Positions 40,720 through 52,282 of a stretch of 64,000 nucleotides of DNA are shown piece by piece (the stretch's first letter is position 1; each line of letters begins with the position of its first letter). This DNA comes from Octopus vulgaris. Taxonomy: Eukaryota. The notes under the pieces are model-generated. The model was given only the letters and a program-made list of their open reading frames with translations. It did not search any database and was not told where the DNA came from. The stretch spans positions 59,520,001-59,584,000 of the forward strand of contig OX597831.1 in the NCBI GenBank assembly GCA_951406725.2. The letters run 5' to 3'. The position numbers were made by a program, and so were the translations under genes.

Positions 40720-41200
40720 TTTTACAAATAGATTTACAAATACACAGTGACATGAGTTAGATTTACAAATACTGCCAAGTAATTCCATTGAATCATAGAA
40801 TTGATTCCTTGAACTGGTAGGGTAATATCAAAATTAAATTTTTGGATGGTTGGAAGGATGAGAGAATTGACGATGTGCTTACTATGAAACAATTGATTCA
40901 TGTTTGATTATTATCAATTTTGCATAGCCTCTTGATATACTACAATTTTGGTCTTACCCTCTAGAGAGTAAATAAACAATTGATTTGGATTACGAACTCT
41001 TCAGCATTCTACATACATCTGGTCATGGAAAAAACAAGTCCTGCAAGCTCTAGGACGACCACCTCCAACGACTGTCCCTGGGCCTTGTTTATGGTTATTG
41101 CAAAACTCAGTTTTATAGTAAAATTGCAGTCACTTGAACTCAAATTGCATGTCAGGAGAAATCAGCGGAATTCGTAGTATGAAGACAACCTCACCACTTG
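40720..41200 (-). mobile_element. Helitron 3' fragment (helicase end and 3' UTR), diverged paralogue of 45080-45550
   Basis: Shared GGAAGGATGAGAG.ATTGACGATGTG, TTATCAATTTTGCATA.CCTC, GTCTTACCCT and AATCAGCGGAATTCGT...TGAAGACAACC. Confidence 0.8.
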
Positions 41201-41315
41201 CTTACAACTCCCCCTTAAAATGGCCTCTCCATAAGCAATAAAGTTTTTTTGGTAAATTCCACATATATCATAAAATGTGGCTATTAATATTTCATTCAGG
41301 AGATAACTTAATGTG

Positions 41316-41394
<79 letters not shown>

Positions 41395-41490
41395 GGAGTA
41401 AACACATAAATGTGAAACAAGGTGGAAAAAAGAGTACTCAAATACCAGTGGTAGAGTAATATGCTTTATTTTAAGCAGCAGAAAATTCAA

Positions 41491-41540
41491 CAAAATCTGT
41501 TACTCTGAGTTTCTCGTTGCCGTTCATCAGACAGATTTTG
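41491..41540 (-). ncRNA. Minimal type I hammerhead ribozyme in the Penelope 3' pLTR
   Basis: CAAAATCTGT [CTGATGA] ACG-GCAA-CGA [GAAA] CTCAGAG TA / ACAGATTTTG: perfect 10-bp stem I, GUA triplet. Confidence 0.85.
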
Positions 41541-42622
41541 CTAGAATGGAACCGATATATCAATTCAATCTAGACTCTTACAAACGCTACACCTTTAAAA
41601 AGAAATGGACTTGTTTGATTGGCCCTTTAGAAAAAAACGGTCAGTCTTCGAGCGATAAACAAAAAGGTCAAAAATATATGTATATATATATAAACAAACT
41701 TATAAAAAATTATAAAATCCGAGGAAAAAACCTTACATTGAATAAAATACATATTGACGTTAATGAAGAAAGTATAAATTAATTCATAGAAATTAAACCT
41801 GTTATAAATATTACACTGCAATACATATTTATATTAAAATGCGCATATATATATCAACATACACAAAAGGATGCGCGCAAACGCCATACATATACAGACG
41901 TATGAATATAAATCTAAATATACACATAAATGCATGTGTACATATATTCACGCAAACCATCTCGCACGCAAGTTAAAAATCATCTATGTAGCGATTCTCA
42001 TATACTGAGTAAGGGGGGGAACGAAAGAAAAGAAGAGAGAGAAAAAGGAACGAAGGAGGGTGGGGAAAAAACGAAATAAGAAAAAAATTATGTATACAAG
42101 CTGCGTAACGGCATTATTGGCATATATGGAGGCAAGTATACAAACACAAGTTCGAATGGATACATACACATACAGTCGTGTATATGTGTGCTTAAGCACA
42201 AACATACTCTCACTTACACATACACAGATGCGAATGCTTACAAATACATATCCTCGGCTATACACATACTTACATCAACATTCTAATTTTGACAACATTG
42301 CTTTTTTAAAAAAAAACATTGCTTTTTTTAAAAGAATGGGTGCATTAATAAAAATATATACGAAAGACATATAAAATAAAATATAACACCCTATTTTGGA
42401 TCATTTATAAATAATCAAGGTAATATAAATGATCAAGGTAATCCTATACAATACAATAACATGAAAACAAAGTCGAAGGTTTTTCCTGATGTATATGTAG
42501 AAACATAAGACTTTGCTATACGGATTAAGATCCGCATAGCTTGGAAACAAAATCCATCGTAGCGCTCATCGTTCAAGAGTCAAAATCAAAATTTCAAAAA
42601 TCAAAAATACAAAGTATATACT

Positions 42623-44446
42623 CTATCCATATGGTATATTTATATTCGACATTTTAAATTTAGTCGCGTGCCTACATAAGTTCATTAGCTCACTTCTTTG
42701 ATTCAAAGAATTATTGTCTTTGAATAAGATGTACATTTTTTCTAATAGACAAAGTTTGCACTTGAAATTATTTTTGTATGCTCCATGCCTGTATGGTGCC
42801 GCCCTGTCCAGAATGCTCCATGTCAGGTTGAAAGGTGAGGCTTCCTTTTCTTTTAGTTCCCAGACATATTTTGCTAGGCTGGTCCTCTTCCTATTCTCTG
42901 GGTATTTAAATGAATTTTTATGAGAATAAAATCTTGTTTTAAATGAATTTTCTGAAGCCCCTGTGTATGTCTTGTATTCCGATGAGCCTTCCACTTGCAC
43001 CTTGGCTCTATAAACTACTCCTTTCACTAGACATTTCCCTTCTAACGGACAGGAGCTTTCGTTTTTGAAATTGCATTTCTTAATGGGCTCGGCACCATGT
43101 CTAATCTCAATTAGCTTCCTATTATGTTGGCTAATGTAAGAGGCGAAATTTCTGCAACAAGAATAGCTAACCTTCAGGGTTCTTCTATTAAATATCCTAT
43201 AGAATGTATGACCCTGCTTAAAATGCTTAGAGACTAATCTCAAAAATTCCTTACCTATATTAGTCTTTACGGCCAAATTGAAAGCCGGGTTGGACCACAA
43301 AACTTTCCTGGTCCTAGTTCTTCGTGCAGCATTATTATCAGCATTAAGCTGGTTGAACTGGATCTTCTCAGAGAATCCACTATTCTTTAATGCACTATCG
43401 TAATAAGGTGCAGCATTATGGAATGCTGCCTCGTCCGAAGAAATTGAAGATATTCTTCTACCTACATTGCTGACTAAGTTCCTAAGTATAACTGGTGGAT
43501 GGTTCGAATCTTTGCTAATATACGATAGCTTTTCATTGGGCTTACGGAAAGGTTTAAATCTATCCGATCTTACATTAAAATTTACGTCTAAAAAATCTAC
43601 ACTATTCAGTTTAGCATCTATCGTAACCCGTAAGCCCATCCTTTGAAAGAAAGCTATGAGGTCCTTCCTAAGTCTATCTGATTCATGGCCGTTTAGATTA
43701 TGCGTGGCTATAAGGCCGTCATCCCTATATAAACCTGCATCTATAAAAGGGAATTCTATTTTTAGATTATGGAGAATAAAGGCTCCTATGTGCATACATA
43801 ACTCCGCCCCGTCGTATGCCCCCATCGGTACATCGAAAAGAGAATCCTCAGTCTTCTTAATCCAGGTGGAATCCTTGAAAAAAAGAAGCGATTTACTCGC
43901 ATGCATAATAATATTAATTTCCGAGCTATCGATGTTGACATACTGCTTGGCGAAGTCCAATGCCCTTAGGAGCAACGTCCTAGTTATTGACGGGTAAAAG
44001 TCAATAATGTCGAATTGTGTGAAACTAAAATTATTCTTATAGCTAATACCTTTAAACCACTCTATGACTGACTTACTATTCTTCCAAATTCTCAAGTCTA
44101 CTTCACTATCTAACTTAACTAAAATACGGTCCAAAATATTTTTGCTAATAATTCCTATCTCAGTTTTAGCCGGATTTATCAATCTACATTTGGGGTTTCT
44201 ACTAAAATTGGCTTTATGTTCTTTCAGAGTAATAAAAGCTGGTCGTGGTGAAAGATATTCAATCCTATCATTAATCTTAAGATCGTTAGCTATTCCTCTT
44301 GCTTCTAAGTTCACCTCTTTGTATATATTCGTGTTGTCTTTTTTGTATGTGTCTGTGACACTATTCGAAATCAGGCGCTTATAAACGTCCTTATGATTTT
44401 TAACTTGCGTGCGAGATGGTTTGCGTGAATATATGTACACATGCAT
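42623..44446 (-). CDS. Penelope-like reverse transcriptase plus GIY-YIG endonuclease, 607 aa
   Basis: RT motifs QFDIIDFYPSI, PMGAYDGAE, GLYRDDGL, DFLDV and SNHPP. Cys linker CNF....CPLEGKCL. GIY-YIG VVYRAKV...TYTG.SE..FKTRF..H. C-terminal CKLC..EK..I...LN.RSE....CRH. Confidence 0.93.
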   Translation of the reverse strand: MHVYIYSRKPSRTQVKNHKDVYKRLISNSVTDTYKKDNTNIYKEVNLEARGIANDLKINDRIEYLSPRPAFITLKEHKANFSRNPKCRLINPAKTEIGIISKNILDRILVKLDSEVDLRIWKNSKSVIEWFKGISYKNNFSFTQFDIIDFYPSITRTLLLRALDFAKQYVNIDSSEINIIMHASKSLLFFKDSTWIKKTEDSLFDVPMGAYDGAELCMHIGAFILHNLKIEFPFIDAGLYRDDGLIATHNLNGHESDRLRKDLIAFFQRMGLRVTIDAKLNSVDFLDVNFNVRSDRFKPFRKPNEKLSYISKDSNHPPVILRNLVSNVGRRISSISSDEAAFHNAAPYYDSALKNSGFSEKIQFNQLNADNNAARRTRTRKVLWSNPAFNLAVKTNIGKEFLRLVSKHFKQGHTFYRIFNRRTLKVSYSCCRNFASYISQHNRKLIEIRHGAEPIKKCNFKNESSCPLEGKCLVKGVVYRAKVQVEGSSEYKTYTGASENSFKTRFYSHKNSFKYPENRKRTSLAKYVWELKEKEASPFNLTWSILDRAAPYRHGAYKNNFKCKLCLLEKMYILFKDNNSLNQRSELMNLCRHATKFKMSNINIPYG

Positions 44447-44835
44447 TTATGTGTATATTTAGATTTATATTCATACGTCTGTATATGTATGGCGTTTGCG
44501 CGCATCCTTTTGTGTATGTTGATATATATATGCACATTTTAATATAAATATGTATTACAGTGTCATATTTATAACAGGTTTAATTTCTATGAATTAATTT
44601 ATACTTTTTTCATTAACGTCAATATGTATTTTATTCAATGTAAGGTTTTTTCCTCGGATTTCATAATTTTTTATAAGTTTTTTTATATATATATACATAT
44701 ATTTTTGACCTTTTTGTTTATCGCTCGAAGATTGACCGTTTTTTTCTAAAGGGCCAATCAAACAAGTCCATTTCTTTTTAAAGGTGTAGCGTTTGTAAGA
44801 GTCTAGATTGAATTGATATATCGGTTCCATTCTAG

Positions 44836-44885
44836 CAAAAACTGTCTGATGAACGGCAACGAGAAACTCAGAGTAACAGATTTTG
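44836..44885 (+). ncRNA. Minimal type I hammerhead ribozyme in the inverted pLTR
   Basis: Same motif: CTGATGA 44846-44852, GAAA 44863-44866, GUA 44873-44875. One mismatch in stem I. Confidence 0.85.
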
Positions 44886-44914
44886 TTGAATTTTTCTGCT
44901 GCTTAAAATAAAGT

Positions 44915-44970
<56 letters not shown>

Positions 44971-44971
<1 letters not shown>

Positions 44972-47900
44972 TAGCTTAGTTACCCGATAATACTCGGAAA
45001 AGCGGGGAGCATTTCCAGCTCCCGTTGCCATTACACTGTTTCATGTCCTATCGCATTCCTGTTCAGTTCCCATTTTGCATTACAAATGAATTTGTAAATA
45101 CATAGTATCGTGCGATAGATTCTGACAGACAATTCTGTTGAATCATAAAATTGATTGATTGTAATGGTAAAGTAAATATCAAAGTTGAACTATTTGATAC
45201 ATGGAAGGATGAGAGGATTGACGATGTGTGACCATGAAAAAATTGATTGATGGATAATTGTTATCAATTTTGCATAACCTCGCGATACATTACATTTTAG
45301 TCTTACCCTTTGGAGCATAAATAAAGAAATGATTAGGATTGCCGAGTCTTGAGATTCCTACATAATGTTGGCCATGGGGGAAAAACAGGTTCTGCAATGT
45401 TTGGGCATGCCACCTCCGAGGACTGCCTCTAGGCCTTGTTTATGTTCATTGGAAAAGTACAGTTTTTCAGGAAATTTTAGTTGCTTGGACTCAAATGGCA
45501 TGTCAGAACAAATCAGCGGAATTCGTGGCGTGAAGACAACCACACCACTCATTAATGCCAGTGGGAATGGTCGCCTCTTGGCAGCATCTTGTTGATTGTA
45601 AGCCGCGTGCTATTGCAAAGCGTGGGGGAGTCCAGATTACTTTAAAAGCATCACCGGTGAGCCAATCATGAGGTGCAAATTTGTGAGGTGGGAAGCCTGT
45701 TGGTGCCAAGCTATTCAAAAATTTCAGTGGGATACTTCACTTCATTAGAGTTGAGAACAGAGTCAATTGGCTTATAGCAACAACACTCACCATGCAGCTA
45801 ATCCAGGAGTTTGATGTTCAAATCATCCAATGCCATATTCTTTGGCGCTAATACGGCACTTGTTTTATAACAGGTTTGGTCTTTAAATTGAATCCCCAGG
45901 TTTTGAAACACTCTGCCCTTTAGTTCTTGTACATCCAAATCAATGTGTACAAAAGGCAAACAAACCTAGCCACTCTGGCCACCAACCAGAATGCCATTAC
46001 TAACATGCAGTTGCTTCCATAGAAAGTTTCAACTCCCTCATTACCACTGTTTGTTTTCAACCTTAAGTTCTTCACAGTCCTCCACTTGTAGGACGACTTT
46101 ATACTGGCATTCGGAAACACTGGAAGGGTCTGTCTAAAGTCTGCTGCAGACAGGACACTTGTACTTACCAAGAGTCAGGGTGTTATGCCTCAGATCCTGC
46201 AGTGTCCTGTCAAGAGCCTCGAGGTCACTCTTATGGTTCATTGCAGACTCATCCCAGATTATCAACTTGCACTCACTCAGAGTTTACCTTTAATTGTGCC
46301 ACGACTTACGTTGCAGGTTGCCTTCTCAATTTTAGACAGGTCGAAAGGGTGTTTGAAAGACGAATGGGCTTATAGCATTTAGCAGAGTGGTACTTATTTC
46401 ACTTGACGTCACTGCTAGGGCAATCAGTTTCATTTCTCGAATTTTCGGCAATAGAACATTGATGGCAAACGTGTTGCCAGTTCAACCCGGGGCATCTAGG
46501 AAAATAGGCCTCTTCTTTCTCATTCAATGCTTAAAATAACTGAGTTTTGTTCTTTCCTTTGGTCGTGAATCAGTCAGTGCTCGTTAACAGTAATATAAGC
46601 CGTCATTTGTTCCGTATTATAAGATCATCTCACCGATGTACTCAATTGCTAGAGTTTGGGTTCCCTGGTCTGGTTGGGGCAGACCAAAATTGGTGATTTC
46701 TTTGAATCCCATAGCTTGGAATCGGGTGCCCTGGTCATGTAGTGCCTCATTGTAAATTACATAGTTCATGTCGATATTTACTGCTGGACTCTGTCTCTGA
46801 ATCTTGTGCAGGAAATACTCGGCGACGCTTGCTTTGTGGGTCTACTAAAACTTGAAAGGCTCACCAAAGCCACATCTCAGCATGGTGGAAAATAACTCGA
46901 GCATTTGCCTTGACGCTCTGCTGACTCTGCCTCTTCCATTGACTGATCTCAGTGGGACTCATCATCCAGTAACCTATGTTTGGCACATGCTTCTCTCCAT
47001 TATACATTAGCAGGTCTGTGAATGATGTAGGACCTCTGAGATTGTGCAACAGCAGACGCGGTAAGATGCATTTCTGCTGATTGGAATGCACTGAGTACAC
47101 CCGCCCGACGCCTTCGCTTCTAAAAAAAGAATCCTCTTCCCAGACATCAACTTGTGCTCCTTCTTTTTGCCTTTTTCATCTATTGTATGTCCTGGTGTAG
47201 AAAACCGGAACCTCATCATACAGCAGTTTTCTTCCGCGGTGACGGCGGCGGTGATGATCCTTCCAAACACATCAATCTGGCATAGCTTCAGGAAAGCTGT
47301 CAGGGTGGTTTCTAATGGCTGCTGAAAATACACACGCTGGCCATTTTGAATACAAACCGCCAGATTCACCTCTTTTGGATGCCACTCGTAGATTTTGAAG
47401 CGCAGAATACACCACATCACCTCGTTAGAGGAACTATATCCGCACGACTGATATTGCTGAATTTCATCCTCTTACTTGCCATCCTGTTCAACTCCAAATA
47501 TTGCCATTATTGACGTATTTACAAACATATTTGATGCGCTTTATGGTACTGCATGACTCAACATTTGGATGGACGTCGAATGTTTTAGATAATAGTGGGT
47601 TGTAGGCCACGATCCATCTGTTGTCAATTTCCATCTCTTGGCCATTGTGTTTGAGCTTGTAGTTTGTCCATCATCTTAGTGGATTAGGACAATGTCGCGT
47701 TTGCCATGCGCTCCTCCAGCCAGAATGATTGCAACCTCATTTGTTGCAGATGTATTGAACAGCCGGGCATGCTCGCCAGCTGACCGACTATCAGACTTGA
47801 TAATCAATCTCAAGTCAGGAACCATTCTCTCCAAAACACAGTTGAATATGTTCACATAGGGTAAGATGCATGAAGTATTGTCTGGAGGTCTCCTATTATC

Positions 47901-48170
47901 TATCTGTCAACACATGAGTTGAGCCTGCAGCGCTGGTTAATTTCGTCATTGGCACCACCACTGAAAAACACCTGGGCATACTTGGGCTCTTCGTCTGGCA
48001 GTTTTCCCAGGATACCTAAGCGGTGATAGCACTCTTCCTGGTTCTTATAGGTGGTGAAGAAATCTCGGTCCGTCAGGTCATTGTCTGCACCGAATGATGT
48101 CATCATAAATGAATAATTGCACTTCCAGATTTTATGGGGAAAGTTCTTGGCTTTCAGGGTGTCCGCTGTA
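44971..48170 (-). mobile_element. Decayed, internally deleted autonomous Helitron (Rep/PIF1 helicase)
   Basis: MTSFGA...EPKYAQ; EHARLFN...NEVA..RDIVL; IDNRWIVAYNPLLSKTF..H.NVE.C..IKYVCKYVN (Rep tyrosines); RLLLHNLRGPTSFTDL; FLDAPG*TGNTF (Walker A); DFRQTLPV; PRIPLI. 3' end has a CCGA/TCGG hairpin, then CTAG (44974-44971) followed by T. Confidence 0.92.
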
Positions 48171-50212
48171 AGACAACTTGTGCGACTATACCGTATGAGA
48201 ATAAAAACACAGATTACTCAAATTCTTTACAGACTCTAGTCGATTAAACTTAGTAAAAAAAACAATCTTTGCATGAGCATTGCGTAACTATGAACAGCCT
48301 TGCCGCACTGGCGTAAGAATTTTGGAGGTATGATTTGTTCGCTTTCGCGGTGGCAACGCATTCTTGTACTTCGAAGCTATTAAGGTAGCTATTAAGCTAT
48401 TTAAGACGCACCATTAAACATAAATAGAGTTTTGCTTTTGTAGATCAAAGATTGAAAATGAAATTTTGTAGTTTAAGTGATAGCAAATGAAATGTTCAAA
48501 ATGTGAAATATATACATATTATATTGATATTTAAATCAGAAGTTAACAACAGAAGTACACATGTAATATTCTGAACTGAAGATTCATAAAATTCCAAGAA
48601 CGGACACAGCAAAAGGAAATCAGCGAAAATGTTTAGAATTTTCCAGTTCAGTAGATGTGAAACCAACATAATTTATATCAAACTGGAAAATTAAATGAAA
48701 TATCTATTGTATAATTAGTAATTACTGTATAAAGTTGTATACATGTAGTATAACATAAAATGTTTTATACCACGAATATAAAGAAGTAAATATGAAATTA
48801 CCGATAGAAGCGCCAACGTTAGGGGAATAAAAATATTACCAATTAGGTAAAAGTGATAAAAGATAAAAAAATATCCCATGACATTGTAACGAAACATCTA
48901 TAAGGCCAATACTTGACAAGATTATGCAGGGTTGAAGTGAAAGATATTGTGAAAAAATAGATAACATTTAATAGAACGCAGAGACTGATTGCAGCATATA
49001 AATATGCTTTGAGAGAACATCTAATGGCATTGTATCTTGATCACTACTTTTAGCCAAATCTAAAATTCTAATCACATCGGAGAGAAAGTAAATTTTTATA
49101 CAGAGAGCTTAGTGACGAGCATTTTGAAATATATTACAGGAAAGGAATAATGAAGAAAACATGCATTTCATCTGTTCACAGATGCTAAAATAGTCTATGA
49201 TGCGACATGTGATTTTACACAAGAGAATTAAGATACATTATGTAGATACGAAGATAAACGTTATAATGGAATTTATTATTTCCCAATTGTCATATTAACG
49301 CCAAGGTGCAACACGTATGTTAAAATGGAGAAATTGCATAACAAAAGTAGATGTATTAAAAATTATTGTATATGAAGCATAAATATTCTGAGACTTTTTT
49401 TCTCTCAAAAGGAGGAAAAGTTCAGATACGGAGAAGAACAATAGTAACAAACTTTAAAACATTGTTACTCGTTACTATAAACATACTGAGTTTGTGAACC
49501 CACATATAAACCAACCGTCATCTATATTAAGATGTTATTTACCAAGAATGATAATGTAAGTAAAAAAGTAATGTAAGTGAAAAGCAAATACTCATATGTT
49601 ATCAATGAAATTGGACATAATTTCTAATTATACACTTCAGAAGCATAATAAATCATTGCTACAGCAGATTGAAATAGACAATAGACAAAATATTGTTGTG
49701 CTTTAAAGAAATCGCTGAATGCTATTCTTGTACAGTTGATGTTTTAATCGCAGAAAATATCTAGTATTTGATTACTTTGATTCTTTAAGTCTCATATAAG
49801 AGCAATTTACACACGAGAGAGCGTTCATAATTTGTGTCAATATCAACACAAGATATACATTCATAATTCGTTTTAAATCATTACTTTTCAATTACATAAA
49901 TCATAACATACATAAGACAAATAAATAACAGAATATGAAACACATAGAACAGAAATTGATTGAACAACAGATTGATGTAATAAATCATCAAATACTATGA
50001 TAATAAAAACATTCTAATTCTAGCATAACGCTAAATAATTGTACCTAACATTGTCATATAATATTATATACATTGTCAGAGAATACAGTTTTAAAGGAAA
50101 GCAAAAACTTGTACATTCGTCTCAGAATCTACGAACTCAACAGCTTTATTTTTGCTGTCTGAGTCCCAAAACTATTTATAACCAATAGTATTTCATATGT
50201 CGTATTTATATA

Positions 50213-50312
50213 NNNNNNNNNNNNNNNNNNNNNNNNNNNNNNNNNNNNNNNNNNNNNNNNNNNNNNNNNNNNNNNNNNNNNNNNNNNNNNNNNNNNNNNN
50301 NNNNNNNNNNNN
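50213..50312. other. Assembly gap (100 N)
   Basis: Run of N. Confidence 1.
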
Positions 50313-51230
50313 AGTAATGACTAACGACTATGGAGTTAGTTATATAATGAATTAAGCTGATGTTTCATTAGGGAAATGGAAAAATACATTTATTTTGCAC
50401 AGGATTGAAAGAATCCAAGCAATATTGATATTTTTTGTATCGCCAAATGTACGCCAAATGTTATCACCTGCCTGGTCTGGCAGGTATAAGCACGCATCAG
50501 CAAATAATTTGTTTCCATACGCAAAGTTATTGTTTTTGTCGGATGCCTCGTGTCGATGGTTAGCTTTATCGGAGAAAACAAAAAAATAAATTCGAAACCC
50601 TGCGCTGACTAGTCTAAAAAGGTGTTTGCTTTTTTCACAGAATCGAACAGAGAAGAGGTTTCTGCGATAGGATTCTGCGAGAACAGGTCACTAATAGTTA
50701 GGTTACTGTACAGATAATACATGTTAATTAGTAACATGATAAGCTTATAAGCTACAAATGGGAAAACTGTATCTCTAGATACTTTGTTCACAATTTTGCA
50801 ACGGAATATACCAAGTGATAAACAAACGTCAATCCACATTGAGGTCGAATATATGTTTGAAGAGATACTGAAAAGTGAATGAGGTTTTTGCTGATTATAA
50901 ATGCATAACAGAAGGGAATTATGGTGCAATAAGACAGTAATAAAGATAATTTATTGCATTCGCTTTCTATGATCGATGTATCTTTTCCTGAAGCGCAGGT
51001 TTCGTAATTGTAATTCTAATAATAGGAGCTTTCTTTGAAACTCATCAACGCTTCATACAAAAAGTGATGACATAAGATATAACTTTTATATACTCATTCA
51101 CGTTTTATTAATTTACAAGAAAGTTCAATGTAATAAGGTCATATTAAATTTACTTAAATGAAATTATACGTACCATATGTACAATTATCAGTTATTTCCT
51201 TCTAAAGAGAGAGAAAACATGACTATATAG

Positions 51231-51273
<43 letters not shown>

Positions 51274-51304
51274 CCTATATATAAAGTATAGGAAAGTATA
51301 TATG

Positions 51305-51538
51305 GCAGACTCCAAAACATATGTCGAAAATAAAATAAAGGAATTTTGTTAAATCTTCGTTCAGCTCCATTCTTTCCTATACTTAATATATAAAACTTCA
51401 AATTTCCGCACTAAGGCACGGATTTAATACCCTATGGTCGTAACTTCAACCGTGCCCTTTCTGTTGTGAGTTTGCTACCCAGGTATCGGTTATCTTTCGA
51501 ATTATCCGTAATAAGATAATTCATTTGTCTACTTAAAT
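51305..51538 (+). mobile_element. Diverged copy of the repeat at 61165-61395 (fourth pLTR-like family), carrying only the 3' half of the hammerhead
   Basis: AAAACATATGTCGA...AAAGGAATTTTGTTAAATC...TTTGCTACCCAGGTATCGGTTA...CGAATTATCC...CTACTTAAAT matches the reverse complement of 61165-61395. Confidence 0.75.
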
Positions 51539-51599
51539 TATCTCTCTCTATATATATATATATTTATCTATCTATCTATTTATCTATCTATCTATCTAC

Positions 51600-51633
<34 letters not shown>

Positions 51634-51680
51634 CTCTCTCTCTATCTATCAATCCATCCATCTACCTACATGTCTATCTG

Positions 51681-51727
<47 letters not shown>

Positions 51728-51859
51728 GTCTATCTATCTACTAATACATAAATACATATGTAAAGACAGACACGCTACATATGCACACGCACGCACACAC
51801 ACACACGCACAAACATACGCACACGGGCACACACAAACATGCAGACATATATATCTTTA

Positions 51860-52180
51860 TGTTTTATCTTTTTCGCTTTAAATTCTTTCAGTCATTTAGA
51901 CTGCGGCCATGCTGGAGCACCCCTTGCAATTTTAGTCGAATGAATCGGACACTGTACTTATTTTTTTAAAGCCTGGTGCTTATTGTATCCGTTCTTTTAC
52001 TGAACCGCTAAGTTATACGGTCGTACACATTGGTTTTCAAGCAGTGATAGTGTGACAAACACACCCACATACACACACTCTCTGTCATATATATATATAT
52101 ATATATACACGACAGGCTTCTTTCAGTTTCCGTCTACGAAATCCACTCACAAGGATTTGGTCAGCCTCAAACTATACTGG
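51860..52180 (-). mobile_element. Degenerate SINE (family of 18909-19355)
   Basis: TTTCAGTCATTT.GACTGCGGCCATGCTGGAGCACC...CTTCTTTCAGTTTCCGTCTAC.AAATCCACTCACAAGG. Confidence 0.8.
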
Positions 52181-52184
52181 AAAA

Positions 52185-52282
<98 letters not shown>

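Larger units (their letters stand above)
41393..44913 (-). mobile_element. Penelope-like retroelement (Naiad-type), 5'-truncated, with inverted pLTR; inserted in (TA)n
   Basis: RT plus GIY-YIG ORF and a 1.2-kb 3' region ending in a hammerhead-bearing terminus. 44393-44913 is an inverted copy of 41464-41983 (about 8 substitutions and 1 indel by eye). (TA)n on both flanks. Confidence 0.93.

Noticed and set aside
42360-42622. SECIS element / selenoprotein coding, as described for some Naiad elements
   Set aside because: The ORF has no in-frame TGA. The ATGA about 55 nt after the stop lacks the apical AA and matching GA quartet by eye. A SECIS search tool would be decisive.
42714-44384. Plus-strand ORFs overlapping the RT gene
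   Set aside because: Antisense shadows of the coding frame.
41546-44830. Two near-identical 78-aa ORFs (41546-41782 plus, 44594-44830 minus) as a duplicated gene
   Set aside because: They are antisense readings of the two pLTR arms and have no recognisable protein features.
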